Shown: positions 53,820 through 57,092 of the stretch, piece by piece
Position numbering within the stretch: position 1 is the first letter of the stretch
Layout: the number at the start of each line of letters is the position of its first letter
Virus record (IMG/VR): IMGVR_UViG_3300043446_004177
Span: 1-57,092 of that record
Length of the DNA stretch: 57,092 bases
Source: a virus
Taxonomy: Duplodnaviria > Caudoviricetes
Strand: one strand, 5' to 3'
The notes under the pieces: model-generated
What the model was told of the DNA's origin: nothing
Databases searched by the model: none
What the model saw: only the letters and a program-made list of their open reading frames with translations
Position numbers and translations under genes: made by a program

Positions 53820-54212
53820 TTACCAAATCATGTCTGGTTCTTTGATCCGCGCTTTAATCGACAGATCATCAAGAATGCGGCAAGATTTTCCATTTACAGA
53901 AAGGGCCCAGCCATCAGACGGACGAAAGACGACCCAATCGCCAACTTTGATTTGTTGCCCATTGAACCATTTTCCTGTCTCGTCAACAAAAGCCGATGGC
54001 CCTGTTTTAAGAACAAGGCCAACTTTGCCTTGATAATTGTCTTCATCAATTGTTTTATCGGTTAAGAGAATGCCGCTCGCTGTTTTTTGCGGACGGACAT
54101 AAATACCGACAAGAACTTGCATATTGAAAAGTTCAATATCTTTAAGATTGCCAACTTTTGATTGGATTTCTTTAACTGGATCAATGGCATGAGCCATTTT
54201 CATTGGCGGCAT
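53820..54212 (-). CDS. groES: GroES/Cpn10-like co-chaperonin
   Basis: VLV..KTASGILL..G.VLKTGP..IKVGDWVVF..G..VNG...RILDD..I.A. Confidence 0.85.
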   Translation of the reverse strand: MPPMKMAHAIDPVKEIQSKVGNLKDIELFNMQVLVGIYVRPQKTASGILLTDKTIDEDNYQGKVGLVLKTGPSAFVDETGKWFNGQQIKVGDWVVFRPSDGWALSVNGKSCRILDDLSIKARIKEPDMIW

Positions 54213-54421
54213 TACAGGCTCCTTTCATCGCGATTAGCGATATCGGTGGCCTCATCCATCAACTCCAGCGCGAGAGCCAAGCCTTGAATGATGCCCACCT
54301 GCTTGAGATAATGGGCATGGTTTTCTGCAACACCAGATGCCAGAGCGTCTTTAAGCCGTTCATATTGCTCTTTTACCTTCTGTAAAAATATAGCGTGCGT
54401 TCGTTGTGTAGTCGTTAACAT
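54212..54421 (-). CDS. Small helical head-module protein (start revised to MLTTTQ)
   Basis: LASG....A.Y...VG.IQGL..A; GAGGGA RBS. Confidence 0.7.
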   Translation of the reverse strand: MLTTTQRTHAIFLQKVKEQYERLKDALASGVAENHAHYLKQVGIIQGLALALELMDEATDIANRDERSL

Positions 54422-54513
54422 AGCATCCCTCAATGCTCCCTCTACCATGATGGGTGGGTCGGATGCTGGTAGAGGGATAGCACCCGACCCGTTCTGCGCC
54501 TATGACCGCAGAA

Positions 54514-56823
54514 TTACTTTTTGCCGACGACTTTGCCAGCCTTGTGCCCGTAGGCCTTGATTTTTTCCAAGCGGCCAAGACCGCCGCCCGCTGCATGATC
54601 AATTACATGCGTTGTGCGACCACCCGTATTGCGGGGCTTGTGAGCTTGGATTTCCGTCTTCTCAAGGCGACCTTTGCCGCTGCCTGCGCCCGCATCCATG
54701 TCCTTATAAGAACGATAGGCGCGACCGCCTGACTTGCGCGGCATTGGTGCGCCCTGCGGAGGCATAGGAGGCATTGGAGGCATGCCGCCTTGCGGAGGCA
54801 TTGGCATGCCCTGCGGGGGCATAGGAGGCGGAACAGGCATTGCTTTCGGCATAGGAACAGGCGCGTTTGGCATTCCCATTGGCTGCTGTTGGCCTTTGCC
54901 AGTTGCAATGACAATATTGATGTTTGTCTTGCCCTTGGTGCGACCGCCTTTTTTAAAGCCTGCTACACCTTGACCTTGTTGTTGCATTAATCTGCGACGA
55001 GAAGCATCAATTTGCTCTTGCTGCATCAAGTCTTGCAATGTGCGATCTAAAGCGCCAAAAGTTTGCGGTTCAGGTGCAACAGGCGTTGGTGCCTGCCTCA
55101 TCATAGCATTACGACTTGCTTGCATATTTGTAGAAAGCCTGTCTTCTGGTGCCGTCATTTCCTGATAAGGATTGTAGGAAACAAAAGTTGGTTCCTGCCT
55201 CATCATAGCATTACGATATGCCATTTCGTTCGTAGCAGTTGTGTCTCGCGCTCCTACATCCGCATACGGATTATAACGAAGTTGCGCTTCACGATAAGCA
55301 CGGTCTCCCATGACATCCTGCGTCTGACGATCACGCACACGCGATGCCTGATCTTCAGCAATGCGTTGAGCGCGCATTTGGGCTTCCATTTCCATCTGCT
55401 GTTGCGGATCACGCATACCAAACTGCGTTGACCCCGGCATTGGACCGCTTGCAGGCTTGTATGCAGGGGCTGTTGCAGACTTGCCAGAAGCTAATGCTGT
55501 AGCCGCTTTCTTAGCAGGCATATCGGCTTCTTTTGACGGCCCGCCAAAAAAGCTTTTATCGGTGCGATAATAATCGACGCGAGGGCCTTCGCCAAAATTG
55601 ACGATGCGTGAGCCAATATTCTTTGGGTCTACGCCAAATTTTTTGGCAAAATCTTCCTTTGTAATGCCTGCAACAGCACCTTTTTCCTCAAGGCTTTTAA
55701 TCATCTTGCTGTTGTCAAACATATCGGAAAACCAATTTCCGCCTTTTTCGTCTTCTGTTTTGCCGCCCTTTGCATGAGCATGACGACCGCCGACTGCACC
55801 GGGGATCTTGGTCAATGAATCGCCCGAGAACACGCCGCCGCCCGCATATTTCATCGTGCGACCGCCACCGCACATTTTGCATGTGCAGTCTTTGTGGTGC
55901 ATGGCTTTGCCGCCCTCTTTTAATCCCTTCATGGATTTTTGCTTATCGTGCTTTTCATCAAGCTTCGACTTCTCCCACTTTTCCATGGAGATGCCATACT
56001 TCTTGGCAAGCAAACGATCTTGGGCCTCGTCCTTCTTAGAACCTTCCCAATTCTTTACCTTGCCGCCCTTCTTACGCGCATCAGGATAATCAGGTGATTT
56101 TGTTGGGTTGCCTTTCATCGAGCCATACTTGGCAAGATTAGTAACCTTTTCCTGATCGGCATCGCTATATTGAACGCCTTTGTAATCAGGCGATGGCGTT
56201 GTTGGACGATAACCTTCTTCGACGCCTGTGGACTTGCCGCCCCACTTTTTGTGGACCTTGCCGCCCTTCTTCATCATGCCTGCGGCTTTGCCCATGGCAC
56301 GCGACTGATCCGAGATCGGATTGTCGCCAATCGGGCCGCCGCCAAACTTCTTGGCAACGCCACCTGTCTTGATAACGCCGCGGCCTTTAAGAACGTCAGC
56401 TTTTGTGACCTTTCCGTCGCCCGTCAAATCGGGGAACGCCTTGCCGCCCTTCTTGAACGCGCCGACGTGCTTTTTGCCTTCGCGCGCTTCATTCGCCATG
56501 CGAACGTCGCGATTGATCAGATTGTCAGGTGTCAGATACCGCTTTGAGCGATCCTCGGCCTCTGTGCCAATGCGTCCGCCAGATTTGCGCGGCTTACGAT
56601 CAGCACGGGCTTTTGCAGCTACGCCATCAATTTTGCCAACTACTTTACCGCCCTTCTTGTACAAACGCTTTACAAGCGGACGAGCGCCTGTCTTCACGTC
56701 GGCATTAAGCGCCTCGGGCGGTGACCATGTGGACGAATCAACTTTTTGGCTTGGGTCGGATTTGGTAAGGCGCTCTGCCTTACTCTTCATTGCCGACCTT
56801 GCGGCTTTCGCGGCTTCTGACAT
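54514..56823 (-). CDS. Large basic low-complexity virion protein with about 15 xxxGG motifs
   Basis: 769 aa; YKKGG, RKSGG, FKKGG, MKKGG, LKEGG, HAKGG and others; EF-hand-like [12 protein letters not shown]; Pro/Met-rich tail. Confidence 0.75.
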   Translation of the reverse strand: MSEAAKAARSAMKSKAERLTKSDPSQKVDSSTWSPPEALNADVKTGARPLVKRLYKKGGKVVGKIDGVAAKARADRKPRKSGGRIGTEAEDRSKRYLTPDNLINRDVRMANEAREGKKHVGAFKKGGKAFPDLTGDGKVTKADVLKGRGVIKTGGVAKKFGGGPIGDNPISDQSRAMGKAAGMMKKGGKVHKKWGGKSTGVEEGYRPTTPSPDYKGVQYSDADQEKVTNLAKYGSMKGNPTKSPDYPDARKKGGKVKNWEGSKKDEAQDRLLAKKYGISMEKWEKSKLDEKHDKQKSMKGLKEGGKAMHHKDCTCKMCGGGRTMKYAGGGVFSGDSLTKIPGAVGGRHAHAKGGKTEDEKGGNWFSDMFDNSKMIKSLEEKGAVAGITKEDFAKKFGVDPKNIGSRIVNFGEGPRVDYYRTDKSFFGGPSKEADMPAKKAATALASGKSATAPAYKPASGPMPGSTQFGMRDPQQQMEMEAQMRAQRIAEDQASRVRDRQTQDVMGDRAYREAQLRYNPYADVGARDTTATNEMAYRNAMMRQEPTFVSYNPYQEMTAPEDRLSTNMQASRNAMMRQAPTPVAPEPQTFGALDRTLQDLMQQEQIDASRRRLMQQQGQGVAGFKKGGRTKGKTNINIVIATGKGQQQPMGMPNAPVPMPKAMPVPPPMPPQGMPMPPQGGMPPMPPMPPQGAPMPRKSGGRAYRSYKDMDAGAGSGKGRLEKTEIQAHKPRNTGGRTTHVIDHAAGGGLGRLEKIKAYGHKAGKVVGKK

Positions 56824-56844
56824 TTGGTTTGCTCCATGGAGGGT

Positions 56845-57092
56845 TTAGAACGGGCGTCCCCGTTTTGCCACCATAATTGCTGAAGGGTCCAATGCGGGTG
56901 GCGGCGCACTGATTTTGGCGAGCGCATGCTCGACAATCGCGGGATTATGATAGGGAGCACGATATTTTGCAACGCCACCATGGGCATATTCTTCCCAGAC
57001 ATCTTGATAAGTACCGTCAGGCATAAGCTTCTTCACCAAGCGGCGGCGTGATCCTCCGCCTTGCGGTTGCTGCGGTTGGAAGTCAGGCATAG
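56845..57092 (-). CDS. C-terminal end of the 1116-aa polyvalent protein that starts at 3230
   Basis: In frame through the 127-bp overlap (57090 corresponds to 125). Confidence 0.88.
   Translation of the reverse strand, partial: MPDFQPQQPQGGGSRRRLVKKLMPDGTYQDVWEEYAHGGVAKYRAPYHNPAIVEHALAKISAPPPALDPSAIMVAKRGRPF
56966..57092. repeat. 127-bp terminal direct repeat, right copy
   Basis: Identical to 1-127. Confidence 0.95.

Noticed and set aside
56845-57090. Independent 81-aa gene
   Set aside because: It is the in-frame C-terminus of the gene starting at 3230.

Overview
This window is an apparently complete, circularly assembled ~56,965-bp podovirus-like dsDNA phage genome; bases 1-127 are repeated exactly at 56966-57092. 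Almost all genes are on the minus strand. The modules are: packaging (TerS, TerL, portal); large virion-cargo proteins, including a 1116-aa polyvalent ADP-ribosyltransferase-like protein that spans the assembly junction and is missing from the ORF track; a head module (GroES-like co-chaperonin, scaffold, major capsid protein); tail adaptor, nozzle and fibres; a GH108 lysis cassette; a GNAT gene followed by ejection proteins; a recombination, replication and DNA-modification block (Sak4-like ATPase, SSB-like protein, YqaJ exonuclease, adenine MTase, TAGT-like glycosyltransferase, SF2 helicase, VRR-NUC); and a short plus-strand block (HTH, primase-polymerase/helicase). I recognised no DNA polymerase, integrase, reverse transcriptase, tRNA or canonical CRISPR array. 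The standout locus is 12771-14530: a Cas7/RAMP-like gene and a partner gene, followed by a 612-bp array of 12 units built from GGY-NN pentamers, separated by a GCAA-GGCA-GGC phase break and closed by a terminator. It looks like a compact phage-encoded RNA-guided system in which the variable dinucleotides, not contiguous spacers, carry the information (VIPR-like). A second genome-wide signal is a short x-x-x-G-G-x-V-type motif that marks domain boundaries in seven virion-module proteins, suggesting polyprotein-style processing of packaged cargo. All functional calls come from reading motifs by eye; no searches were run.
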